A stretch of DNA of 64,000 nt from Marsupella aquatica (Eukaryota; Plantae; Marchantiophyta): contig OZ316896.1 of assembly GCA_973895155.1 (NCBI GenBank), positions 1,984,001-2,048,000 on the forward strand, in the 5' to 3' direction. The position numbers and the translations under genes were made by a program. Shown one piece after another: positions 1 to 11,589 of this stretch. Every line of letters starts with the position of its first letter. The first letter of the stretch is position 1. The notes beneath the pieces were generated by a model. It searched no databases. It saw only the letters and a list, made by a program, of their open reading frames with translations, and was not told the DNA's origin.

Positions 1-2956
1 CAACTCAGACCAATAGGGCAAAGTGGCTAGTATACTCCACCTGGTCAAACCTGTCCTATCAAAGGTGAAGGAATCATTTGGGTCTGCCGCCCTATCAGCT
101 AGTGACTTCCAATGTGCAAAACTTGTTGCATCAGGAAGTTCACGCTCATCACCAAATGGCATGTCAAAGGAGGAGAATAGAAGTGGGTCAAACCTCATCT
201 CATGCCCCATGAGAAGAAACTTTGTATGCCCAATATAAACAATCTTTCTAATCCATGAACAATATGTGGCCATGTCCTCTAAGCTTGGGCCACAAGTAGA
301 GCAAGCTTTGTACCCCTGAGTTTGCAATCCAGAGACAAAACCAAACCCTGCTTACATAGAAGAAATCAAACCATGCAAACTTTATGTTAGGGTTGTCACA
401 TGAGAAACAACAATAGGAACTACACATTATTGAAGGGTTGCAAATGGCATGGAAGTCATCTTACCAGGATAGTCATGCATTGTCCAACAAATGATCCCTC
501 TCAATTGAAAGACATGTGGAAAACCTCCTGTAATTTTCCTGCCATCATATGCCCACACTCCATTCCAGAATTTTTGAAGTTCTCCAATCAATAGTGCCAA
601 GTAAGTATCAAAGTTCTTCACCTTTTTTGGACCTGGGATAATCAAAGACAATAAAAGGAACCCCTTCTTCATGGATAGCCATGGTGGGAGGTTATAATTC
701 ATGACAACCACAGGCCAAACTGATGTAGGTTGCCCCTTTCCTCCAAGTGAATGAGGGCTAACTCCATCAGATGCCAATCATAGCCTCACATGGCGAGGAT
801 CATGTGCAAAGTCTGGCCATGTTGCCTCAATATGTTTGTGAGCAGGGGAGTCAACTGGCAACCGCATGACACCAGACTCTGATCGATGAGTCTTATGCCA
901 TACCATCAACTCTGCCAAGTCAGAACACCGATACATGTGCAACAACCGAGGAATGATGGGAAACCAATGAACAGCCTTCCTTGGCACCTTCTTTGTTAGC
1001 ATGTTGGGGTCATAGCGAGGCTCATCACATGTTGTACATTGTGTCATGTTTGCATTGGCCCCATGCAATCATTCACACATGCATGAACAATATGATATTC
1101 CATGCCAATAGATGAGAGAACACTCTTTGCCTCCTTCCAAGTTGCTGGCAACACATTCTCAGTGGGTAACATAAGGTCATGGCAAAGTGCAAACATATCA
1201 GATAACAAGGCATTGCTTGCCTTGTGTTTGGCCTGTAGGTTCATCAACCCCAAGATGGCTGAAAGACGACTCAAACGAGCACCCTCATAGATAGGTGTTC
1301 GGGCATGTTCCTCTGCTTCTTCCCATTGGCGTTGTCCCTCAAGGGTATGTCTTGGGCGTGGATCATTGGGGGGCACCTGCCCTTCATTGGGAAGGTCATC
1401 ACCAGGGTTGTCGGCACCAAACCAATCAACCATGAAGTCATCCATGGCTCTATCCTGGTCATCAGTTACTTGTTCATCCATCCGAGGTACCTCTTCATCA
1501 GGGTTACTGCTTCCACTAGCACTTGATGAGGAGTGTGACTCTGATCCATGTCCTTCTTTTGGCATACCCATTTCTCGATATGTTGCTCTCAATCTCTGTG
1601 GTAACATATTTGGAGAGGGTCGCACATTCTAAAAACAAAGCAAACAATTGAAAGTTATATTGCAAAGAGAACACACACAAAAATGGGCTAGGGGTGTGCA
1701 AAAATGAAATAATATTGGTTGTGGTGCAAATACAAAATGTGGCCAAAGGCCATATGTAGTGTCCTTTGATATGCAACATACCACCTATGACCCTTACTTA
1801 ACCCTAATCCCACTCATAGTGAGTAAATAACTCATCCCCTGAGTTAATGGTCCTCGTTGCTACAACTAGGCAATGGTCATGATGATATGTCTGGCCATAA
1901 GGTGCTGGCGGAGGACCCTCAATGAAAACCCACTCACAATTTTGCCTACGCTTAGGGCGAGTCCCCACGGTACTGTTTATGAAACCAGCAATATTCCCAG
2001 TCCGTATGGGGTCCCCATCTATGACACGCTGCTCACTATACCTTCTAGTGTTTCCATCAAAAGTATCCATGTCCAATGCATAAGTCTTCCACTCAGGGTG
2101 TTGTGCAAGAATCATGTTCCAATGTCTTCTCTTGTAGATGGGTCCACCATAAGGAAACAAAGTAGGCCCCTCTCGGCCGCGTCCACCTCTACCACTCTCG
2201 GCGTCCACAATGATGTCCTCACAAGCAAAAACTCCATAGCCATGTCTATCCCCAATTGTGGAAGGTTTGATAACCCAACGTCTACCCCAAACCTTTACCT
2301 CCGCACCGTAGGAAAGCTGTTGTGGCCAACCAAGAGTCTCAGGATCCCAGTCCTTGATGATAGGGACACATCTGCCAGTGAACTCACAATCACCCCACCT
2401 ACCCGTAACCACTGCCTTGTACAAATCAGTATCCCCTCGGGCCCGCCTCTTGGAACGCTTTCTCCCTCTTGGGACAATAGCCTCAACCCCAACTTCCCTA
2501 GGACTGGTGGGCCTTGCCGCTAGACCCAAGGCTTTTGAGAATGCATTGCCTATAGCATCTAGAACACCTTGTGATGGGACATAGGGTGCTTGTGCAGCAG
2601 GTCTAGGCCTATTGGATACCTATTCCACCGAAACCAAAACAAACAAAAGTAGGTGTGAAATTAAAAACCTTCAACCATTGAGTAATGGGAATAGGGTAGG
2701 AAAACTAAGGCATAACACTTACCATATGAGATGAAGAAGCCCCTGGCGTATGACGTCCACAACGCCCATATCTCTCAATATGTTGGGCACATATGTAAGA
2801 TTTTTGGGAAACCTGACCCACACATCTGGAACATTCACAAAGTTGACGGGGTGGACCGCAAGGAGGAGGTGCGGTCGTGTGATGTTGAGGTGGAGGTGGT
2901 GTATCTTCATCAGAGGAGGACGAGTCTGTGGTGGAGATTTCAGAAGATGAAGACAT
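1..2956 (-). pseudogene. CACTA/En-Spm TnpD-like transposase (element 1), spliced, running off the left edge; one frameshift (~1050) and one stop (778-780)
   Basis: Exon 1 2956-2723 has a transposase-associated Zn motif (LCECSRC..CAQHIERYG). Body from 1628 has tnp2/Transposase_21 motifs: IVHACVNDC, CTTCDEPRY, WFPIIPRL, VDSPAHKHI, HVRL*LASDGVSP, SVWPVVVMNYNLPPWLSMKK, WTMHDYPG. GT-AG intron 464-348, then GFGFVSG..GYKACSTC..LPYW. Confidence 0.9.
1804..2619 (-). CDS. SET-domain (lysine methyltransferase-like) exon inside the first intron of the CACTA transposase; predicted 349-aa Zn-motif+SET protein with exon 2956-2723
   Basis: SET motifs in order: IKPSTIGDRHGYGVFA, FPYGG, YAL, IDGD..GNIAGFINS, NCEW, LVVATRTINSGDELFTHY. 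Open frame with no stops; acceptor AG at 2621-2620 is phase 0 and matches the donor ATG|GTAAGT at 2722. Confidence 0.88.
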   Translation of the reverse strand, partial: VSNRPRPAAQAPYVPSQGVLDAIGNAFSKALGLAARPTSPREVGVEAIVPRGRKRSKRRARGDTDLYKAVVTGRWGDCEFTGRCVPIIKDWDPETLGWPQQLSYGAEVKVWGRRWVIKPSTIGDRHGYGVFACEDIIVDAESGRGGRGREGPTLFPYGGPIYKRRHWNMILAQHPEWKTYALDMDTFDGNTRRYSEQRVIDGDPIRTGNIAGFINSTVGTRPKRRQNCEWVFIEGPPPAPYGQTYHHDHCLVVATRTINSGDELFTHYEWD

Positions 2957-3677
2957 ATCCCCTGTAACAAGATATAATTAAAATGGGCATGTTATGACCA
3001 AAACATACCACAAAATGATATAAATCAAAGTTCCCAAATAATGATGACAAGAAACCCAAACCAAAATGACCATAGCAATAAAAAAAGGTACCTTTATGAG
3101 ACCCGGGCTCAGCAGTGCCAATAGGTCAAGGCTCTAAGATAATTAATGAACCCAATCTGAAAGTATGAGGGAAAAGCTGCAACCATTCCATGTATATGTA
3201 AGCACAATAATCTGGACCAGACAAGAACAAAAAACCCTATATACATGTCCCCTTTATACATAGTGGCAACCAAAAGTGTTAAGTACATGAAAGGAACACT
3301 TGAGCCGATCATGCAATGTTTACCTTTCAGATGCCCGGGCTCTCACAATGCATATGCATTAGTATCAAATCATCAAAAGTGCCGCACCCTGCAAGCTATC
3401 ATATATTCCCCTCCTTTGTTAGCAAAACCCATGCCAATCCCTTTTTGATTCATAAACCCAATGAACCTCTCTTAAACCCAAAAGGCTGCAATATAAATCT
3501 CATGAAACCTTGCTTTATATATAAATGATGTTGTTGCATTTAGGGTTTCATTGCATAAAATATGTCTTTGTTGTAAAAGATTTAGTTTTGTAGGTAAGAA
3601 ATGGTTATCGTCACCAATCTCGCATCCTATGCTCTCACCAAGCATGGTCTCGCAGAGGGAGAGCTTTAGTTTTAACT

Positions 3678-3760
3678 TTAATTTCAATTTTTGGTGTGCA
3701 CAAAATATTAAACTATTATAATTTCAATTTTTGATGTGCACAAAATATTAAAATATTACT
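3678..3760. repeat. ~40-bp tandem duplication
   Basis: atttcaattttt(t)g[g/a]tgtgcacaaaatattaaa occurs twice in tandem. Confidence 0.8.
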
Positions 3761-4810
3761 GTATTATATTACTTTTCATCTTTTCCCCACCTTTTACTAC
3801 TTTACTCCATTTATTATACTTTTCCCTTCCTTACTTTTTTCTATATTGCCCCCCCCCCCCCACCCCTTACCACCCCTCTCCTCTTCCTTTTTCCTTGAGG
3901 CCAACCGAGAGGCCAACTCTTCTGTATCCTTATGGTGCATAGTGTCTTATAATTTGGGGAGTGTATATATAACCTCTATGAGAAATAAAAAATATGTTCT
4001 AATTAGCCTCATAATTACTGTACCTTCAAGTACAATTGCTCACAAGTGTAGAGCTTTAAATGGTCAAATGTGCTTTGGAAGTAGTACCTTGGCCTTAAGT
4101 ACCTTTGCATGTGAAATAAAACTGAGGGGAGACATATGAATGATTCTGGTATATCTAATGGTCATTAAAAATTGTCTTTTCAGTGGATGATCTAGATTTG
4201 TTCCCGCCTTTTTAGATTTTTGTAAGCAAACCAGCCCCAAAAATAGGCAGGATTGCATATTATAGTATAACTTGATTGATTAAAAAATGTACTTTATGGC
4301 CACCATAAGGGGGGACTTTACAAGACGGTGGGGGTCGTTCAGTCTCTCTCCATCTAGCAAAGCTGATGGCCATTTCCTTCCACAAAAGTTAAAATGCCTT
4401 AGCCAAAATGTGTCAGGTTTGAAAGTAATCAATGCAATTCCCTGAAAATAAACAACCATTTGCTCCAAGTTTTTAGACCACCTCAAGAGGAGGTCTAAGT
4501 TTTGGACAAAAAAGGTTGCACACCTCAGCAAAAAAGGGACCCACAAGGGGCTCACTCACAAATGACTAGGTTCAGTAATGCTTTTGGTTCATTGTGCCCC
4601 CAAGTTCATGTAAAGTGAAGTGTGGCCAGTTCCCACATATGAATGGCTAGGATTGCAGCTTTCACTTATATAGAAAAAAAAGAATTGTTGCCCCCAAGTT
4701 CTTGTAAAGCCACCCTAAGGTACATATGATTGTGCATAGAAAGACAGATGTGCATAGAAAAAAATATGGTATGGTATATATGATTATTAAATGATTACAT
4801 GCATGATGTG

Positions 4811-6116
4811 TGACAGGGCCCCAAACCCGGTAGTAACTTAGTTATAACTTATAATTGCATATATAAGTAAAAAGACAAGTAGGTGTAGCAAAAGTGTTTG
4901 GATTTTTTATTTTTTTAGTTTTTGTTAGTTCTAATAAATTGATGCGACAACCAGAAGCTGGAGTTGAGAGGGGTGTTGGGCGGTGATGGATGACAATGGA
5001 GCCATTGAGGGGGTACAAGGAGGCCAAAAGGCAGCCCAAGGACTTGGAGGCCAAGGTGTGGGCATCTTGGAGGGGTGGGGGCTGGTCGGAGGCTCCACGT
5101 AAGGCGCAAAACGGGAAGAATGACCAAAATATAGAAAACGTTGAAACTTAAAATAGACGTCGCTGCGCTAGTATATTCCAAACATGACCATGTTTGGATT
5201 CATCTTGAAGCCCTCAATGAGCCCCATGCAAAACTGGGGCTCTCTAGTTGATTTTAGGTCTATATCAAACAGTGAATCCAACAATGTGTCACACGGCCGA
5301 AACGGAGCTAAGACGGGGGAGATACAACAGATCGCATTTTTTGAGAATACAGGGGTTTTCAGGCCGTACGGACGTCCGTACTACAAGAGGTACCGGATTT
5401 GCAAGGGAAGGAGGAGGTAGCAGCACATACGAGGAACCGTGATCCGTGTTTTGCAAAGTCTGGGCCCCTTGGTGTTGTACGGACGAAACGGAGGGAGATA
5501 GTACCCCGTAATAACTTGAATGATCATATCTTGGCTGTTTGACCTCCGTTTTGTGCACCGTTTATGGGGCCGTGATCAGGAAGAGGAGGTCTCCTCATAT
5601 ATGTTTTCAGATTTGAAATCTGAGAAAATTTTAGTTTTGACAATTGTAGGGGCCCCCTCCTTTTACGGCAGATCGGTGGTGGCGATCAGGAGGATTGAGG
5701 CTGGTAGGCAGGGTACATAGATAGGATAGGAGGTGGTGGACTCAAGTGAGTCCTTGTTCAGCATAGTGGTAGTTGGCACCATCGAAGGCACCGTTGGTTC
5801 CGTAGTAGATTAATTAGGGTTTTAGGTGGCATGTGTGTGCCACATGACTTAGGTTAGGGATTTCTTGAATGAGGTTTTAAGTGGTGCTGCTAGGGTATCC
5901 GCCATCGTTGTGACCCCATGAGGGGTGCTTTGGTGTTTTTTTTGGTATTTAGGGGGGAGCCTCGTAGTGATAGGGGGGACTCAGTCTAGTGTTGGTTTAG
6001 GGAAGTTATCTCATAGCCTGAAGAGAGAATCAAGCTAGAGTAGTGAGGTAGAGGTGTAGCTTTGCCCCAATAAGGCAGGAGTTGGGCAGACGGCAGGAGG
6101 CCGGGTTGTCCTTGCA
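4811..6116. mobile_element. Solo LTR (1306 bp) of an LTR retrotransposon
   Basis: Starts TG(acaggg) and ends (ccttg)CA; perfect 5-bp TSD ATGTG at 4806-4810 and 6117-6121; composition differs from the flanks. Confidence 0.85.
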
Positions 6117-6119
6117 ATG

Positions 6120-8123
6120 TGTTACGATTTCTTACCGGAAGATATGGATTTGGGTTGATTCCTGAAGTTTTGGTGTGGCATTATCTTTTCTGTGTCACGA
6201 TTGTGTTCTTTCCCTAAGAAGTGTCTAAGGAATCCTTGCACGGATTGGTCAACCATGTGAGTACGCGGGGGGTGGTGACTGCACTCCATCAGCGACCAGC
6301 AGCTAAGAGTGTGTGTGGTGTAGTCCATGGAACTTGATGAAAAGCAGAGAGGCTAGTCGGTAGACTTGATCAAAAATTACACTTCGGTCCGAGAGCGGAA
6401 TCAAACATACTTATCCTACATGCAATAGAATCCCAATAGCGTCCCTCCACGTTCCCATCATACAATAACAAATGATTTTAGTATGAGGAAATACGTATTT
6501 GTCGTGTAAATCGTTTGATAAGCAGGTGACATGATGATTTTTTATCAATTTATTAACCTTTAAAGAATAGAAATAAAGAATATATAATGCTGACATTTTT
6601 ATTGTCCTCCCTGCTATTCACGTTGTCTGGGGGAAAATGTGGTTCTTGAGGAAGTATCGGGCCTATGGCTGCTAGTGTCAAGAGAGAACTTAAGTTAAGA
6701 TCATGATTACTATTCTAGATTGGGTAGTAGACACCACAAGGAATGGTTCTGTGGATGAAAGCACAACATCATAACCCTTTTCTCCATACCTACGGACTAT
6801 TGCCTCATTGGCAGCTACCTTGGGTCGAGTTACAAAACGAATATCTCCCAACGAGAAAGAAATGGGAGGTTCATCGGAGGGAGGTTTGTTGAGATCCAGA
6901 TCAAATACAAGATAAAAATTGTGCAAGCCCAATCCTGCCCGTAAACTACATAAGGGTATACAAGTGGCTCTATTGAATTTAAGACTAGAGTTGCAAATGC
7001 TTCTCCAAAGTGAAAAGTCATATGCTGACGCATTATCTCTTTTTGGAGTACATGAATTCTAATAAGGAAAAGATTAGGGAGAGAAAGAACAGGTACTTGT
7101 CTGGGAATTATCGTACTATCAAATATTTCATCCAACTAATATTCATTCAGATAATGACAAGATATAGAATCATTCAGCAAAAAAAAGATCATTCATTCAA
7201 ACAAATACTATGCATTGAGTTAACTCTAAGTGTATACATGTAGATGTTTATCTTAATAAGTTTATCTTCTTTTGAATAAAAACACTATCTGAAGTCCAAC
7301 GCATGCAAATTACCACTGACTGAGTTAAGCTCCAAGCTAGCGTGCATGCGTGGGTCTACTTCATAAGGGTTTCACCCAAAAGGAACATATGATGTCAAGG
7401 TATTGTTGAGCACTTTCCAACTCTTTAGGACTTAATAACCATCTCCTATCAAATAATAATACTTTTTGAAGATCCAACTCATACAAAATATCTCCGGTCA
7501 AGTCGAAGCTCTAAGCAAGCGTGCATGAGTGGGTCTACTTCATAAGGGTTATATTCATATAAGAGGTCATCAAGTCCAATGGATTCTTAAGGCTTCACAA
7601 CTTAGTCGATGAAAAATGGGAAGTAAGGGGAGAGAGCCCCTCTCCTATTTATTTATAGAGCTCACACCTCAAGCACACGGATCAAGCATGGCACACGGAT
7701 GGAAGCCATGTGTCACACACCCAAGGCAAGTAAGTGTGCTAGTATTGTAGTTACGTGAGTGGAGCAACTATAGGCAGTACACTGTAGCATGCACATTGTA
7801 GATCGTATATTGTAGCATGTATATTGTAGATCGTACATTATAGCATGCACGCTGTAGATCGTACACTATAGCATGCATACTGTAGACCATACACAGTAGC
7901 ATACACATTGTAGATCGTACACTATAGCATGCACACTGTAGATCGTGTACTGTTAGTAGCATGCACATTATAGACTGTATATTATAGTATGCACGTTATA
8001 CACATGCATATAATGTGAGATTTCAAACTACTATCCTATATTACTAAGCTATACTTAGGAGGAACTTACTAAACAAAGAATCCCCACGATAACGTTCATG
8101 TTGAGCATAGACGACATTCGTAA
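6120..8123 (-). mobile_element. Probable LTR-derived segment, truncated at its right end
   Basis: Ends tgttacga... and ...tcgtaa form an imperfect inverted pair. Minus-strand TATA-like ctataaataaataggagag at ~7650; internal ~177-bp duplication (7290-7550) and a 28-bp tandem array. No TSD found. Confidence 0.4.
7777..8005. repeat. 28-bp tandem minisatellite (~8 copies, built from 14-bp subunits)
   Basis: Consensus gtacactgtagcatgcacattgtagatc, repeated with mostly transition-type variation. Confidence 0.9.
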
Positions 8124-8380
8124 TGGCAAGCCCATGAACCATCCAACACACAAGAGTCAACACAGAGAGATACGTGGTTCACCTCCACATGAGGCTATGT
8201 CCACGGGAATACACAAGAGCTTTACTGCACTCTAGGCCGACCGGCCATACCAAGCATCCACAACACAAGCTCTCCCTATCTCTCAACTAGCTTCGTAACA
8301 ATGAGCCTAAATTCCACCAGGGTCTGGCATCAGCCCTGGCTATATGCACAACAGCACTACCGCTAACATTAGCTAAGTCT
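8124..8380 (-). repeat. Copy 1 of a ~255-bp direct repeat; Copia-like LTR fragment
   Basis: Nearly identical to 9652-9907 (ggcaagcccatgaacc...acattagctaagtc); contains gatacgtggttcacc. Confidence 0.75.
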
Positions 8381-9616
8381 CAAAAGGGTACACCTTTTCA
8401 TACCTCCTTTATGTTAGGCTTCCAAACCTATAAAGTCTTTTAGAGTTACTCCATGGGAAGGAAAATCTTATTCAGTGTGGAATTTGCTGATTAATTCTCC
8501 CTCCTTCCATTGTAACAAGACATTGAGAGTCAAGGTCTTGTATGGAAGTAAAGCTTTGATTTTAAAGTGTGATTAAATTCAAAACTCTTTTGTGGTGATT
8601 GAATAATTTAATGATTAGCTTCTGAGATTTACATCAAATTCACTACTAAGCTTGCTCGCTGTGACATGATTCGTTAGCCAGCTCGAGGATGAATGTTGTT
8701 TGTGAGAGGCAAAATTCCATTCTCAGAGTAATTAGTATCGATTACCATGCACTGGAATAAACTTTAGAATTTGACTTAAGTCATGTATCATACTTAGTCG
8801 AATCATGTTGACAATATCTTAAGGTTTATCATTGCATTTGTAACCAGAAAATTACCCTGGGTTTGGTGAGCAAAATTCCCGTAATCAGCATTATTATAGG
8901 TTAGAGAGAAAGGTTGATTGAAGAATGATAGCAAGTTACCATTCTATACGTGCTAAGACAAGAGTCCTTTCTTAAGGAGTGGCAATGTTAAAATGCTAAT
9001 CAAATCATCTCAGTCTAAGTTTATCCTCTCCTATAACTCATAAGACCATTTGTTGTTGTTTTGATTAATTTGTTTACTTCTGTTAGGAGTAAATGTGAAT
9101 AATAGAGAGCAAGAGGCTCTAAAACTCTCAAAAGGATAAAAATGTTTAATTCAATCCAGTTTTGTTCTTAAAGGGATCGAAACTCGAGTCTTTATGTGAA
9201 AAGAAACACTTTTGATTCTTCCATCTATACGATATCATTTTGGCGCCGCTGCCGGGGAACAAATTTGGAATTGGATTGAACCTAAGTGGGCAATGAATGC
9301 CAGATTGTAAAATTGGAAGAGAGAAAAGAGTTGCATTGATGACCAAATCAAAAGAGAATAAGGAGTTTACATTTGTGGTGCGTCCGATCACCATTGAGAA
9401 TGCCCCTAAAGCATTCTTAAAGAAATTGAAGGAATCAATGGAGAGGGACTGCCCCATGAAGGAGGTACTTAAACAGGAGACATTGGATGATAAGGAGGCA
9501 TGAGGAGGATTCTTTCCAGCATAAATTGGAGGAGAGATTTGCCAACATTCTATGGAATAGAGCCCTAAATTATGTCTGAAAGATTCAAAAATTATTTGAG
9601 AGAGAGAATCCTTTCA
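8381..9616 (+). mobile_element. Athila/Tat-like Gypsy fragment: 3' part of a 5' LTR, PBS and degenerate leader/gag start
   Basis: LTR end ...acgatatCA (9237) followed by tggcgccgctgccgggga (9241-9258), the tRNA-Asp-type PBS typical of Athila/Tat elements; LPTFYG remnant downstream. Confidence 0.65.
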
Positions 9617-9970
9617 GTAAGAGCGGACAGTTGGTCACCATGGAAGGAGACGGCAAGCCCATGAACCATCCAACGCACAAGAGTCGACACAGAGAGATAC
9701 GTGGTTCACCTCCACATGAGGCTACGTCCACGGGAACACACAAGAGCTTTACTGCACTCTAGGCCGACCGGCCATACCAAGCATCCACAGCACAAGCTCT
9801 CCCTATCTCTCAACTAGCTCCGTAACAATGAGCCTAAGTTTCACCAGAGGTCTGACATCAGCCCTGGCTATATGCACAACAACATTACCGCTAACATTAG
9901 CTAAGTCCTAACCCGAGTTAGACTAACTGTGGTTAGCTCATGAGTCACAAGACTAGAGCAATATCTAACA
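9617..9970 (-). mobile_element. Copia-like LTR containing copy 2 of the ~255-bp repeat
   Basis: On the minus strand it begins TGTTAGATATTG at 9970, with agttag motifs and gtgaaccacgta; left boundary uncertain. Confidence 0.5.
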
Positions 9971-10713
9971 GTTCAAAGAATGGGTAGTCAAGGCTAGGTC
10001 AAGTAATTGTTGTTCAATTGTTACCTAATTAACCCTTTGGAAAAGCATTAATTATTCATATGTAATTTAATTAATACAAAGGTGCATGATTGTCGGGTGC
10101 ATGATCGTTCAACTACTTATATTGTATATGTGTCTTCTAGTGATAGAAAATAAATCCAAGCAAATAAACTGCAATGATAAAAAATTAATTCTTTCCATTT
10201 TTTATCTGGAAACATTTCATTTCCTGTTCTTCCTATTTTATTTCTTAGATTTATCTGACATATTTGAAATAGTATTAACATACATTTACCTAGTGTTCTC
10301 ATAAATATCACATAGTTTAATTTTTCATTCCCAAACTCTAATTTAAAAAAAACTATTTAATTTGAACAACTTACTGTCCGGCATGAAAAGAGTTGCGTCA
10401 TGGTCAATATATATATATATCAAAGTTGATTCTGAGTCCAAAATTGTTAGGATATATAGCTACTTGAAGTCAACTAGATCTCACCATATTAACAATAATA
10501 GATAACTAGCTAGGGTAGGATAATTATTTAACCAAGAAATTTAACTGATCTGTCAATTTTGTAGCCGTAGACTCAAAACATCCCAACAGTACCAAAAAGC
10601 AATCTAGTGAAAATTATTTTTGTCCCCATTGGTGAACAATACCCTAGGCAAGCTAGTGATGTGAAGATAAAAATGTGTGACTGGTGATCAAAGCCAGCTC
10701 AACTACTGCAAAA

Positions 10714-11340
10714 CACTAGTGGAAAATAGTGTCCTTAATGACTAGAATGAGGACTAAAAAACGAGTCATATGTACCAATATATGACTAGAGCTTTTCTGT
10801 CATACCTGCCTCGTCTTTTAGGACAGTCAATTAAGACAAATGACTAAAACTCTCACTAGTCATTTATGGTAGTCCTAAATGACACAATATTTTTGAAATG
10901 ACATGTTGTCCTAAATGACTGAATGAATGGCCGTCAGTCATTTAGGCATGTCTTTAATGACACATATTTAAACAAATCATATTACAACACGTGGCAACTA
11001 CGCACGGTTGTCATTATATGTCATTTCAGACATGTCATAAATGATACAATAATAAATCATTTAAGGTGTCATTTAGTGTGTCATTCAAGGTGTCGTACAT
11101 GGTGTTATTAAAAATGTCATACAAGGTATCATACAAGGTGTCATTGAGGGTGTCATACAGGGTGTCATTGAGGATGTCATACATAGTGTCATATATGGTG
11201 TCATTGAGGGTGTCATTGAGGGTGTCATATATGGTATCATTGAGGGTGTCATACATGGTGTCATTGAGGGTGTCATACATGGTGTCATTGAGGGTATCAT
11301 ACTGGGTGTTTTTAAGTAATGTCATTTGGGATGTATCTAA
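10714..11340. repeat. Subterminal repeat region of A, including a 12/24-bp tandem array (11060-11310)
   Basis: Alternating gtgtcattgagg / gtgtcatacatg units, each with the GTCAT core; putative TnpA-binding sites. Confidence 0.88.
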
Positions 11341-11589
11341 GAAGAGCTCATAGTTATATTCAAAATCACATACAATGAATCCACTTAAAACCCTAAACAA
11401 AGACATCACTTTGCGCATCATCATTGTATTCAGAAATTCACATTCCAACATTCACAAGCTCTAGTATAGAACAATTGAAAAAACATAAGTCTTTATGATG
11501 AAGTGATAGAAAGTACACATTTTTCACTCGCATGAGTGAAACAATGGTAACCAAAATATTCAAAAATTCTTTGTTCTACATGATCAGAG

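Noticed and set aside
1873-2523. 216-aa plus-strand ORF and similar antisense ORFs (37659-38123, 44006-44539)
   Set aside because: Shadow frames opposite real coding sequence, with no recognisable motifs.
2970-4805. 5' terminus of CACTA element 1
   Set aside because: No convincing TIR or subterminal array found (tagtg at ~3940 is unsupported), so the end is not called.
11035-11451. Repetitive ORFs (YDTLNDT..., VSLRVSYM...)
   Set aside because: Translation artefacts of the 12-bp subterminal tandem array.
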